Of a DNA stretch of 64,000 nucleotides, positions 51,803 to 61,670 are shown piece after piece. The translations under genes and the position numbers were made by a program. Origin of the DNA: Candidatus Bathyarchaeota archaeon (lineage in GTDB: Archaea; Thermoproteota; Bathyarchaeia; Bathyarchaeales; Bathycorpusculaceae); the NCBI GenBank assembly GCA_963811105.1, contig CAWEPZ010000011.1, positions 704,001 through 768,000 on the forward strand. Reading direction: 5' to 3'. Within the stretch, counting starts at the first letter, position 1, and each line of letters opens with the position of its first letter. Below the pieces are notes generated by a model. It was given only the letters and a program-made list of their open reading frames with translations, was not told the DNA's origin and did not search any database.

Positions 51803-54112
51803 TTAGCACTTTTTTGGGGGAGGTAACCGTATTTTGAAAGTTGTTCCTTTGCCTTCTTGACTTTCAAAGGTTACTGTGCCGCCTAACGCTTCAGTCATGC
51901 GCTTAATAACGGCTAAGCCAAACCCTTGACCTTTAGCTTTAGTCGTAAACATTGGAGTAAACAATTTGCTTCTCACCTTTTCAGGTATGCCCACGCCTGT
52001 GTCCTTAACGGCTAATATGAAATCGTTTGTTTCTTTAAAGGCATGAATCGTTAGTTTGCCACCCTGTGGCATCGCTTGAACAGCATTAGTAATTAGATTA
52101 TACATAATTCGATTTATGAAAGAAGAATCAGCCGCAACTTTAATAGCGTCATTTTCCACTTTAACGCTTACTTTGACGTTATCAGGCAATCCGTTTTTTG
52201 AAAGTAAATTATTAATTATTAGTTTTACGTCGGTTTCCTCCGCATGAGGTTTAAGAGGTCGGGCAAAATCTTGAAGATCTGCAACAATCTTGTTGATGTA
52301 CTCAGCGTTCTTTTCAATCTCTTGCAGGCTGACTAAAGCGTTCTTTTTCTCTTCGTTGTCCGGAATCGACGCCAATTCTGTTTTGGCTAGGTACACATCA
52401 CTAGTAATAGCTTGCAAAGGATTGCGAATATCATGACCTACCATGCCTGCTGTGGCACCGATAGCTGCTAGCCTCTCAGAATCTTTTAGTTTCTTTGCTG
52501 CTTCCTGAGCTTGTTCTTCAGCCTTCTTAAGTTCGGTAATATCTCTTGCCGCTGCGAAAACGCCTTGCATCTCGCCTGCTTCATTTGTGTAAATGGTGGC
52601 ATTGTATAATACATCGGTTATTTTTCCAGATTTATGTCTAATCGCCAATGGATAATCTCGCACAAACCCTTCAGTGAAAACTTGTTTATACCCCTTTTCG
52701 GCTTTTTCTGGTTCAGTAAAGTAATCTGAGAAATCGCTACCGATCAATTCTTCTTTAGAACAGCCAGTGGCAAGTTCTGTGGCTTGATTGACATCAGTAA
52801 TTTTACCCTCAACACTGATTGTTACAAGAGGATCTAAACTTGCTTCTAAAAGGCTACGTGAATAAAAAGAGACATCGCGCACTTGTTTCTCAGCATGCTT
52901 CCGTTCAGTAATATCGATGCCCATCTCGAGAATGAGCTTTGATCCATCCGCTTCAACGAATGGAAAGTCGTAAATATCATAATCGCGTCCATCTGGGCCA
53001 GTCCATTCCCAGCGATGCGGACCATTGATTTTCAGGACCTTGTAAGTCTCACATTTCTCACAGGGTGATTTACGACTAAACAGAAAGTCGTAACATCTCC
53101 TTCCGTGAGATTCTCCGAAACGCTCACGGAAAACCTTGTTGGCAAATGGCACACAGTAATCATTGTCAAGAAGAATTACGTAGGCCGGAAGGGTTTCAAG
53201 GACATTATAGAGACGTTGGCGTTCAATTGAAACTTCCTCCGTTCGCTTGCGTACCCTCTCCTCTAATTCCTCATTAAGTCTACTCAAGGATGCTTCAGCT
53301 TTCCTGCGTTCACTTATGTCGGTAAGAATTACACCTACTTGATTTTCAGCTACTTTCCAAACATAGACATCGTAGAACTTTTGAAGCCCTGCGCCATAAC
53401 TCTCAAAATGAGAAGCTTTCCCAGTTTTGGCTACGATATCAAACTTTTCGGGAAATTCATCATTAATGTTTCCAAACAGTTCTTTTCTGCTCTTGCCCAT
53501 TAATTGTTCTTTAGTTTTTCCTATTAACCTCTCTGTAGCAGGGTTAACTTCGCGATAAATTGCATCAATTGGTTTGCCGTTTTCATCGTGAATTAGCTCC
53601 ATAATAAAATAACTGAAATCCACAGCTGCAAACATGCCAGTTATAGAACTAAAAAGCTGACGGTATCGTCGCTCGCTATTCCTTAATGTGTCTTCAGCTT
53701 TTTTGCGCTCGGTAATATTCTCGAATAAAGCAACAAAATGACATTTTTCTGGACAATAAGCGACAACCTTGAACCACTTACCTAAAGGCTCTGCCTGGTT
53801 CTCAAACTGAATCGGCTCCCCCGTTAAAGCAACTTTGCCATAAATGCCTATCCAATCAGCAGGGTCTTTCTCGATGCCTGGTAGAATCTCGGTTACTCTT
53901 TTGCCTATTATTCGCTCCCGTTTGAGTCCCGTCATTTTTTCAAAAGCATGATTAACCTCGAGAAAAACGTAGTCAACAGGCTTGCCCGCTTTGTCAATAA
54001 TAATTTTGTGATAAGCAAAACCGTCCAGCATCCTATCAAAAAACATGTCAAACTGTTTCCTGTCAGTGCCCATTGCTTTTCCCCAAGCTTTTGCTAAGAC
54101 GTCGCCAGACAA
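51803..54112 (-). CDS. Cytoplasmic multi-PAS histidine kinase
   Basis: Four PAS-like repeats ending in (D/N)I(T/S)E; GHDIRNPL, NAVQAM, DTGVGI, GQGFGL. Confidence 0.92.
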   Translation of the reverse strand: MSGDVLAKAWGKAMGTDRKQFDMFFDRMLDGFAYHKIIIDKAGKPVDYVFLEVNHAFEKMTGLKRERIIGKRVTEILPGIEKDPADWIGIYGKVALTGEPIQFENQAEPLGKWFKVVAYCPEKCHFVALFENITERKKAEDTLRNSERRYRQLFSSITGMFAAVDFSYFIMELIHDENGKPIDAIYREVNPATERLIGKTKEQLMGKSRKELFGNINDEFPEKFDIVAKTGKASHFESYGAGLQKFYDVYVWKVAENQVGVILTDISERRKAEASLSRLNEELEERVRKRTEEVSIERQRLYNVLETLPAYVILLDNDYCVPFANKVFRERFGESHGRRCYDFLFSRKSPCEKCETYKVLKINGPHRWEWTGPDGRDYDIYDFPFVEADGSKLILEMGIDITERKHAEKQVRDVSFYSRSLLEASLDPLVTISVEGKITDVNQATELATGCSKEELIGSDFSDYFTEPEKAEKGYKQVFTEGFVRDYPLAIRHKSGKITDVLYNATIYTNEAGEMQGVFAAARDITELKKAEEQAQEAAKKLKDSERLAAIGATAGMVGHDIRNPLQAITSDVYLAKTELASIPDNEEKKNALVSLQEIEKNAEYINKIVADLQDFARPLKPHAEETDVKLIINNLLSKNGLPDNVKVSVKVENDAIKVAADSSFINRIMYNLITNAVQAMPQGGKLTIHAFKETNDFILAVKDTGVGIPEKVRSKLFTPMFTTKAKGQGFGLAVIKRMTEALGGTVTFESQEGKGTTFKIRLPPPKKC

Positions 54113-54200
54113 TTCTTAATCACTTGATAAGGTTTTAAAATGACTTAGTCCAAGTTGTATAAATAGCTTCATCATCTAGTTTAAGATAGTGAAATTGAGT

Positions 54201-54500
54201 TTATTGCGAGTTGGTTTCTTCTGGAGCACTTCGCAAGACAATCAAATAATACAGATTTCCTGCACTCCACCCCAACCGCCCTGTCCACGCTACTATATCG
54301 CTGAATCGAAGCATCCACATCACCCCAAATGCGCCGATTCCCCAAAGTAACAGTTCAAAGCAGTACCAATACAGAAGTACTTGATTTAGACTGCAAATAG
54401 AGCCTCATAAAAAGAAAACTACCGACAAGAAAAACAATTATTACAACTGTATAAATCGTTTGGCTTATCAAAGTACTACCCTGAGCATCTATGAAAAGCG
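54201..54500 (-). pseudogene. Frameshifted membrane-protein fragment upstream of the kinase
   Basis: Two frames give TM-like text, IYTVVIIVFLVGSFLFMRLY and LYWYCFELLLWGIGAFG...AWTGRLG; no intact start. Confidence 0.35.
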
Positions 54501-55137
54501 ACGGAGCCCTAGAGCTAAGATTTCGTCACGTTTCCAAACGATGAACTTAAGAAAATAACGGGCAGCTACTCTATTTATAATTCATATTTTCGATTCATAA
54601 GCCTTATTTCTGTTGAATGACCGGAGACTATTGAAGCGATTTGAGCATCAATGAAAAGATCTTAGGTTCTCTTGCCGTTATGTTTCTGAGTTTAGGTTGT
54701 GTACCCGCTTATTTCGATTTTATGTTTTATGCAACAGTACTATGGATAGCCGGTTTTGCCATAATGAACGCGCATGTTTTTCGTTTTATCGCACAAAAAG
54801 TTCTATATTAGCTTATTCAATCAGAGGCTTTTCATGAATCGGGCCCACTATAGTTAAGTCAAATCAAAATATCTTATTTTTATTTTATACGTTCTATGAT
54901 AAACTATTTCCTGGTAAGATTTTCTGTATGTGGAGTAATTTTTTGGAAGGCCTTGAAGAAGTCAAGTGAGATGGTTAGAGTTTGCGGAAGTGTATGAAGA
55001 TGGCGAACCATCCAGCATTCCCTCTGAACTTACCCATCAAGCAAAACATTTACTTTTCTTAAACCTTACCCATCCAAGATACATAAGAAACCGCGAAATT
55101 CCCAATTGCCCTGAAACAGCGTAACGTTGCATGTGCA

Positions 55138-55602
55138 TCAGAACTTTTTAAGTGCATACTCAGGTTTCGGCTTTTCCAATTCTCGGCTTAGAAAATCAGG
55201 ATGCGCCAAATATCCGAGCCATATTTTGTAAACGCAAGACAGGCAATATCGCTTTCCTAAATTTACGCCCTGATCGATCAATCGCTGATAAAAATTGCCA
55301 AATTTGCCGTCGGAAGAAAATAGACGCCCAAACAATTCACGTTCAGAGCCAGAGTCTTCCTCTATGTACGGTGTAAGCTGTTCGCATTTTGCGCATATAA
55401 AGTCCATGTTGGGCAATTCGTCGCAAACTGTTAAGCAGTGAACACAAACGCCCTTAACTGTGTAGCTTGAATCGATGATTTGTTTTTGTTCAAGAACCAA
55501 GACTTCAAATTCCATATCATAGCGCAGCTTGCTGATTTCGCACCAGGGACAGTTTATGTATGCGACATATGTATCAACGATTCTACCGCTTGCCATTTGC
55601 AT
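55138..55602 (-). CDS. Cys-rich hypothetical protein (four CxxC)
   Basis: CPWC, CVHC, CAKC, CLSC. Confidence 0.6.
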   Translation of the reverse strand: MQMASGRIVDTYVAYINCPWCEISKLRYDMEFEVLVLEQKQIIDSSYTVKGVCVHCLTVCDELPNMDFICAKCEQLTPYIEEDSGSERELFGRLFSSDGKFGNFYQRLIDQGVNLGKRYCLSCVYKIWLGYLAHPDFLSRELEKPKPEYALKKF

Positions 55603-55929
55603 GCTCTGTTTTTTTGTTTTGATTTGCTTTTATGATTATCGGAATGAAGGTCATTTCACAAATTTGATACCATAGGAGGAGTCAAATCTAGATGGCTCCA
55701 ATCATGAAACTAAGTTGACCTTTGTTGAAAAACTGTGATTCGGAAGACGTAGGCAATATTATGTGAAAAAAAGGTGCCAAAAATGAAATTTGTGTTTGAT
55801 GTCTCCACTTTGATTAGAGCCAAATTCATTTGAGTCAGTAATAATTAGACTGTTTTTAGCTTTTATTGCAATTTATATTTTTTACAACCAAAAGAAAAAG
55901 GTGTGTTAATAGTTTATCAAAAGTTTTTC

Positions 55930-56259
55930 CTATACGGTCATCGGCATTATTTCGAGGACTTCAATGCTTGCTTTTGGCATCATTAAGTGCGGATGATCAG
56001 CAACCATTGCCTTTGCTTTATTCATGTCAGCTGCTTGAATAATAGAATAACCTGTCACTTGAGTTTGACCCTTAGCTGTTCCTTTCTTGTCTATGCAAGT
56101 TCCCTTTCCTAACGGTGCTCCCTGATCAACGATTGCCTTCCCGCATTTTTTATACCAAGCCATCCATGGTTCCATTCCTTTCTTCATCTCTTCAGGACTC
56201 ACGTTCATTTGCTCTTCTGCAGCTACCGGCGCCATGTACAAAACCATAAATTTCTTCAA
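55930..56259 (-). CDS. YciI-like protein
   Basis: MKKFMVLY...WMAW...GAPLG...VTGYSIIQA...HPHL...IEVLEI; GAGGTGA RBS. Confidence 0.75.
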   Translation of the reverse strand: MKKFMVLYMAPVAAEEQMNVSPEEMKKGMEPWMAWYKKCGKAIVDQGAPLGKGTCIDKKGTAKGQTQVTGYSIIQAADMNKAKAMVADHPHLMMPKASIEVLEIMPMTV

Positions 56260-56480
56260 TCAAAATCACCTCTTATAACTTGTTAGCGATTGAAAAAAAC
56301 AATCATTTAGTTATGATAACTACATTCTTATCTTTTTCGGAAATAAAGAATGCCCTTTCAACTTTGGCAAGAACAAAAACCGAATTCCGTACTATTATTA
56401 AATCAAAGAGTAGAATTGCATATTAAATTTATCTAACGATCGTATATCTTATTGGATTGTCAGTTGAAAAGTTCTAATTG

Positions 56481-57299
56481 CTACTTCTGTAACGGAGCCT
56501 TTCTCCTTTTGATTGCGACCGCAAGAACGATAGCCGCGACAGCTGCAATTACAGCCACTGTTCCTATGGTGTTAAGGATTTGTTGTGTCGGATTCTTTGC
56601 AAGTAAAGCTGCTGATGTATATGGAGAAGTTGAATTTACTCTCGGAGATAGCGGAGGTGTTTCAGTCGGCGATGAGGAAGCTAAAGGAATTGTTAGTGCT
56701 GGTATTGAAGGAGACGGCGAGATTGGATTAGAAGGAAAATTAGTTTGTGAAAAGGATCCATCGTCAGAGTAGCCTTGGCTTTCCCATTTTCCTTTGAAGT
56801 CATAATTAACAATCTCTATTCCTACAACTTGTGACACCCACTTGTAACCCCAATGTCCAGGAACCACTAGACGTAGCACTTCACTAAGAGGTGCTCCATC
56901 TTTTGCATAGGCTATAATTATGTTATCGTTTTTTGCTTGATCTATTGTCAAATCTGATTGGTAGCCATCTGATGCAGAAAATGCAACCTTGAGTGCTCCG
57001 GGTATTACCCCTGCTTGACTTAGAAGCGTCCAAAGTTTGACTCCTTGCCAGTTACCTTGTGTAACCACAGTTGTTGGAAAATCTACGCAATATATCGCGG
57101 CCAGAACTGTCGTTTGAGGGAGGGCTTCTAAATCAGTTAGAGTTAAATTTAAAGGATGATCGACAAGTCCATTTACGTTTAGTTGCCAGTTGGAGTCGCT
57201 TGATTGGGCGTGAGCGGTAAATAAAGTATAGTTGAAGGAGGCAAAAGTTAAGCTCATGATTAGTAAAATGATTGATACAAAAAGAAATAGGTACTTCAA
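56481..57299 (-). CDS. Surface-anchored molybdopterin-dependent oxidoreductase (sulfite oxidase/MsrP fold)
   Basis: WQLNVNGLV, Mo-ligand Cys in IYCV, WQGVKL, LRLVVPGHWGYKWV, GKWESQGY; P/T linker and C-terminal TM. Confidence 0.85.
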   Translation of the reverse strand: MKYLFLFVSIILLIMSLTFASFNYTLFTAHAQSSDSNWQLNVNGLVDHPLNLTLTDLEALPQTTVLAAIYCVDFPTTVVTQGNWQGVKLWTLLSQAGVIPGALKVAFSASDGYQSDLTIDQAKNDNIIIAYAKDGAPLSEVLRLVVPGHWGYKWVSQVVGIEIVNYDFKGKWESQGYSDDGSFSQTNFPSNPISPSPSIPALTIPLASSSPTETPPLSPRVNSTSPYTSAALLAKNPTQQILNTIGTVAVIAAVAAIVLAVAIKRRKAPLQK

Positions 57300-57548
57300 T
57301 TTCTGTCGACCCTCCTTCTCTTCACAACAATAAAATATGACACGTGTCATATTTAAGGTTATCAGCTAAAAACTTCAAAAACAAACGCGCCACTAATAAC
57401 AAGATATTAACAACAAATCAGAACAAGTTAACCACAGTTCTCAGTATCAACAAGTTATTGAAGGTTGATGGGTTATAGCCTCTTATTGCTTGCGCAAAAA
57501 CGACATTAAAAAAGAAAAGGGAGGATTATTTTTGGCTTTGTTTGTTTT

Positions 57549-60101
57549 CTATTTCCTCTTTATCAGCAATACTGCTACTGAGATTGCGATAACTAGTGCT
57601 ATTATTATGGCAATTGCTGCGGCAACGATTGTCATTGTATAGTCTGGAATTGCTGCTGCTGGTTGTGGTGTAGTTGTTGCGATTGCTGGGTCTACTGAGA
57701 CTGCTGTTGATGCTGCTGAAATGCCATAAGAGTCATCTCCTGCGAAGGTAGCCATGATTGTGTATGTGCCTTGAACGTTTGGTTTCCATTCAATGCTGAA
57801 TGTGCCGTAGTATGGGTTTGTTGTTACTGTGCCGATGGGTGCGACGTTGCCGTTTGGATCTATTGCTGTTAGGGTTACTGGAACGCCGGTCATTGAGACG
57901 TTGTGATATATTCCGTCAATTGGCAGTTGAATGTGTAGGTATTCCATTTCTGTTGTCATTGATCCTCTTGAGACGCATGGTGTACCTGCTTGCGCTGGGG
58001 AAAGATCTGTAACCGTTCCTTCTATTAGTACTGAGGCTCCGTCGGTGACGACTTTGGGTGATGCAGTTACTGTTGTGTCGCTTTTGCCTTTGCCGAATAC
58101 ATACATGTATCCATCTTGGCCGCCTGCGGTGGTGTATCCGTCAGCCATTGCACCTGGGCTCATTGGTGTAGTTATGTTCCATATGCCGACACCTGTGGTT
58201 GCGTTGAAGCAGTGGAATTTCCAGCTTCTTTCTACTGGTAGGGCTGGTGTGTGTTCTGTGTTGTAGGTGTAGACCATTCCATCAACAATGCTGACACCTG
58301 TATTGAAGGGGTTCACGTTTATTGTGTTGTTGTCTGTAGTGTATGGAGTTTCAAATGCAGGGCATGGGTCTTTGTATACCCAAGATATTTTGCCGTCGTC
58401 CCAATTGAAAGCGTAGACACCATCGTATTCATTGAGGATTAGGTTACCGCCGTAGGATGCTGAACTGTAGGCGCCCCAGATTCCCCAAGGATAGCCTCCA
58501 GTAGAGTAGGTTTGCTGGCTCTTCCAGACTCTTTGACCAGTTCCAAGGTCCCAAGCTGCTGCGTAGCCGTCTAACATTAGGCATGCGATTTTTCCATGGT
58601 CAACGATTGTTTGAGATGTTGTATATGGGCACAAAGTGTCAGTCGTGTTGCAGGTCATCTTTCCTGTGTACACGTTATAGCCTACAATGCGAACACCGTA
58701 TGGCGCTCCTTGATATGACAACGTGGTTAAAGAACCAAAGTAGCCTGAATCCCAATCAATGCTAGCGCCAATGCTGCTAAAGGTAACTGACCTGTTCTCA
58801 ACTATTCTTGAAGTAAAGTTGGTAGATGTTCCCCTTGTTGTCCAATTGATTAGCCTGTTGCCTATCGCTGTATTGTTTGTCTGCATGCTTATGACGAATT
58901 CTCCAATTTTAGTGCCTGTCATCCCAGTGACATTGGTGTTAATGGCTCCAGTCAATGGGTTAATTTTCAGCAAGGTTGTTCCTATTGATAGAAGTTCTAC
59001 TGCAGTGCCTACTTCTCCTGTGCCACCTGGTACTTCACCGGTTTCTCCGCCTAAGCCGCCACCCCAAATGTAGTTAATTGATGTGGGGGTTACGCCACCT
59101 TGCGAAGTTGGTATAGCATAATATTGTTCGCCCGTGCGTAAGTCATAGCATACTGCACAGCTTGTTGGTACACCGTTAACGGGAATTGTGCGAGTTTGGT
59201 AGCATCTTCCAGCGTAGATAAAACCTGGAGCGCTGCCTGAAGTTGTTAACGGATCAGTGCCTGCTTGTGGTCCTATCATACCTGAGATGGCATCGAGCCG
59301 TTTCCATAGAATGTGAGGAGTGTTTGATGCTTTTGCGAAAGCGTTGTATTTAGTGCCGCCCTGGGTACGAGAAGTGCCAGCTGGCCAGTCGGGGTATCCT
59401 GTGCCATCGCCGCTCCATGGGTAGCCTGCTAGCAAAACTGCCCACTCTCTGTTTACAACGTGTACAGGTCTTGTCCAGTAGTCGGTTGGAAGAGCTGAAT
59501 CAGGCCAAGAAGGCACCATGTCATTTTGAACTGTTATTGTAGTTACATATGGGGTTGAGGAAGGCTTGTAGTATCTTGATGAAGTCATGTTAGTATATGT
59601 GCCTGAACCGGCAAAAGCGCCTGGGTTTGTGTAGTAGACTCCTGCTGGGAAGTATCCCCCTGGAAAGCTGAAGCTAAGCTTGTATACGCCGACTTGTGAG
59701 GGTTTGAATTCAAACCATGATGTATCATCGCCGTTGTAGGAGTTTAAAGTAACAGTTTGTGTTGTTCCATCTGGAGCAACAATTGTCACTTTATATCCGG
59801 TCATATAGTTAGCAACCATGACACCAGGAGTAATCCAAACGTTAACTAGCAATGATTGGCCAACGCCTATTGGATTAGGTCGGGCGCTAAGATAGGCATA
59901 AGTATCAACTTGGTAATCTGGCGTGACACCGGAAGGTAAGGCTATTGAAGCTCCGCTAGTGCCTGGTGGTGCGCCTCCTGTTGTTAGTATGTCGTCAGCT
60001 TTTGCTGTTGGCATTCCAATGAATGCAATTGTAGATACCATCAGAAACGAAATTATGATAGCTATCGCTTTAGATTTATTTAACGTCAAATGTGTTTTCA
60101 T
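57549..60101 (-). CDS. Surface-anchored PQQ-like beta-propeller repeat protein (paralog of 38891-41395)
   Basis: YLSARPNPIGVGQ, LPTDYWTRP, CYDLRTGE, GVPVTLTAID, PDYTMTIV-TM-KRK; AAGGAG RBS. Confidence 0.85.
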   Translation of the reverse strand: MKTHLTLNKSKAIAIIISFLMVSTIAFIGMPTAKADDILTTGGAPPGTSGASIALPSGVTPDYQVDTYAYLSARPNPIGVGQSLLVNVWITPGVMVANYMTGYKVTIVAPDGTTQTVTLNSYNGDDTSWFEFKPSQVGVYKLSFSFPGGYFPAGVYYTNPGAFAGSGTYTNMTSSRYYKPSSTPYVTTITVQNDMVPSWPDSALPTDYWTRPVHVVNREWAVLLAGYPWSGDGTGYPDWPAGTSRTQGGTKYNAFAKASNTPHILWKRLDAISGMIGPQAGTDPLTTSGSAPGFIYAGRCYQTRTIPVNGVPTSCAVCYDLRTGEQYYAIPTSQGGVTPTSINYIWGGGLGGETGEVPGGTGEVGTAVELLSIGTTLLKINPLTGAINTNVTGMTGTKIGEFVISMQTNNTAIGNRLINWTTRGTSTNFTSRIVENRSVTFSSIGASIDWDSGYFGSLTTLSYQGAPYGVRIVGYNVYTGKMTCNTTDTLCPYTTSQTIVDHGKIACLMLDGYAAAWDLGTGQRVWKSQQTYSTGGYPWGIWGAYSSASYGGNLILNEYDGVYAFNWDDGKISWVYKDPCPAFETPYTTDNNTINVNPFNTGVSIVDGMVYTYNTEHTPALPVERSWKFHCFNATTGVGIWNITTPMSPGAMADGYTTAGGQDGYMYVFGKGKSDTTVTASPKVVTDGASVLIEGTVTDLSPAQAGTPCVSRGSMTTEMEYLHIQLPIDGIYHNVSMTGVPVTLTAIDPNGNVAPIGTVTTNPYYGTFSIEWKPNVQGTYTIMATFAGDDSYGISAASTAVSVDPAIATTTPQPAAAIPDYTMTIVAAAIAIIIALVIAISVAVLLIKRK

Positions 60102-60515
60102 TCTCCTTGAATTTCTTGCAAAGCTAGGGCTAACTTTGCGAACTCCCTATTTGTTTCTATAGCTTAATATGTTTTGCGAAAGAAAGAGCTGCTCAATTCC
60201 TTCAAACTTTTTTTTGTGTTTAAGGACGATTAAAAAAAATGCTAAATCACATAAAACGCTTATGATAAGTCATGGTGATCGCTAGTCAAATGGTTCTTCA
60301 TTCATTACTATTAATTACATTTTGTTTTCATCAATTGAAGAATAATCAAAGTTTACGTTGTCGAGGTTGCTAAATCAGCATACATAGTCCATCGATAACA
60401 AAACAAAAATCCCGTCAGATTCACTTCGCTTTGTCGGAAAGGCCAAATTGTGTAAGATTTAAATGACTTCTCCTTATTACTTGCTTTCAACTAAATTTCC
60501 CTTGAGACCTCTTGC

Positions 60516-61217
60516 ATGTCGTTGATACCTGAAATCTCTAATCCGTACTTAGGAGCCTTTGCTGGAGGATTATTATATGGATTAGTTGTCTGTACTGCCT
60601 CATGCCTACCTTACATCGCAAGCTATATTGCAGGTATTGGCGCCGGCTTCCGCAAAGGCATCGCCGTCACTGTAATTTTTAGTTCTGGTCGAATTGCAGC
60701 TTACGCCTTAATCGGCGGGATAGTAGGTTTATTTAGCGGTTTGTTTCGATTATTTGTGTCTGAAACTGCGATTTCTCCTTTTCAAGTTTACTCTTCTTTC
60801 GCTTTCGGTTTTGTTACTATCATAATTGGCATTAGTGTCTTGTTCAAACTCAAGTCTCCAAAATGCGAATGTACCCCTCAAAACAGCAAAAGCTTGATGG
60901 CAACCGGAAAAAAAGGCAGGTTTGGATTTGATTTTGGAGCTTTCTCGCTTGGTTTGAGCCGAGGATTAATCCTGTGCCCGCCACTGATAGCATTGTTGGT
61001 TTATTCGTTGCCTTTCGCCAGTCCGCTTGGCAGTGTAGGTTTAGCGGTCTTGTTTGGTTTAGGAACCGCTCTCTCGCCAATACTTTTTTTGGGCGGAGTT
61101 ACTGGCTGGTTACTTAATAAGGCACCTTTATTCAGAAAGTGGGTTTCAATTTCAGGCGCCGCAATACTAATACTGCTTGGAATCGTCACGATAATAAACT
61201 CATTAATCCAACTATAA
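60516..61217 (+). CDS. DsbD_2/CcdA-like (TauE/SafE-annotated) membrane protein
   Basis: CTASCLP, GRIAAY, CPPL...FGLGT; multiple TM helices. Confidence 0.75.
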   Translation: MSLIPEISNPYLGAFAGGLLYGLVVCTASCLPYIASYIAGIGAGFRKGIAVTVIFSSGRIAAYALIGGIVGLFSGLFRLFVSETAISPFQVYSSFAFGFVTIIIGISVLFKLKSPKCECTPQNSKSLMATGKKGRFGFDFGAFSLGLSRGLILCPPLIALLVYSLPFASPLGSVGLAVLFGLGTALSPILFLGGVTGWLLNKAPLFRKWVSISGAAILILLGIVTIINSLIQL

Positions 61218-61374
61218 CTGCACAAACAGCCTGGTAGCAACTGCCGATGGAAAGATGAAAAATGGAAAGCGGAAAAAAAGAAAAATGTACATCCCTGAAG
61301 TCTCAGTAATAGAAATCAAAGACCAGAGAAGCTCCACAGTAGATGTACCTCAAAAAACATAGTACAAAGGAGAT

Positions 61375-61670
61375 ATGCGTTTGATTGTGCACTATGTTTA
61401 CACCGATGGATCAGGCGAATACTATCCTACCGTAGACACGGATAAGTGCAGTGGCTGCGGCAAATGAGTTAAGCAGTTTTCCCAATCAGCAGTTCAGCTG
61501 AAACAGCATTCATTGATATTGAAGGCAAAACCAAAGCATCAGTAAAAGAAGAGCATAGGAAAAAAATAAGATTACATGTACATCCTGCAACCCCGAAAGC
61601 AAGAGTTTTCCATCTGTATAAGCTTGTGATACAAAGCGATAAATTGCAATTGGAGACACAGTTATCTTAA
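61375..61670 (+). pseudogene. Decayed 4Fe-4S ferredoxin
   Basis: MRLIVHYVYTDGSGEYYPTVDTDKCSGCGK*VKQFSQ..., then frameshifted VKEEHRKKI...CTSC; AAGGAG RBS. Confidence 0.6.

Noticed and set aside
61465-61467. TGA in place of a ferredoxin Cys as selenocysteine
   Set aside because: The next Cys-Pro is also mutated and frameshifts follow, so this is ordinary pseudogene decay.
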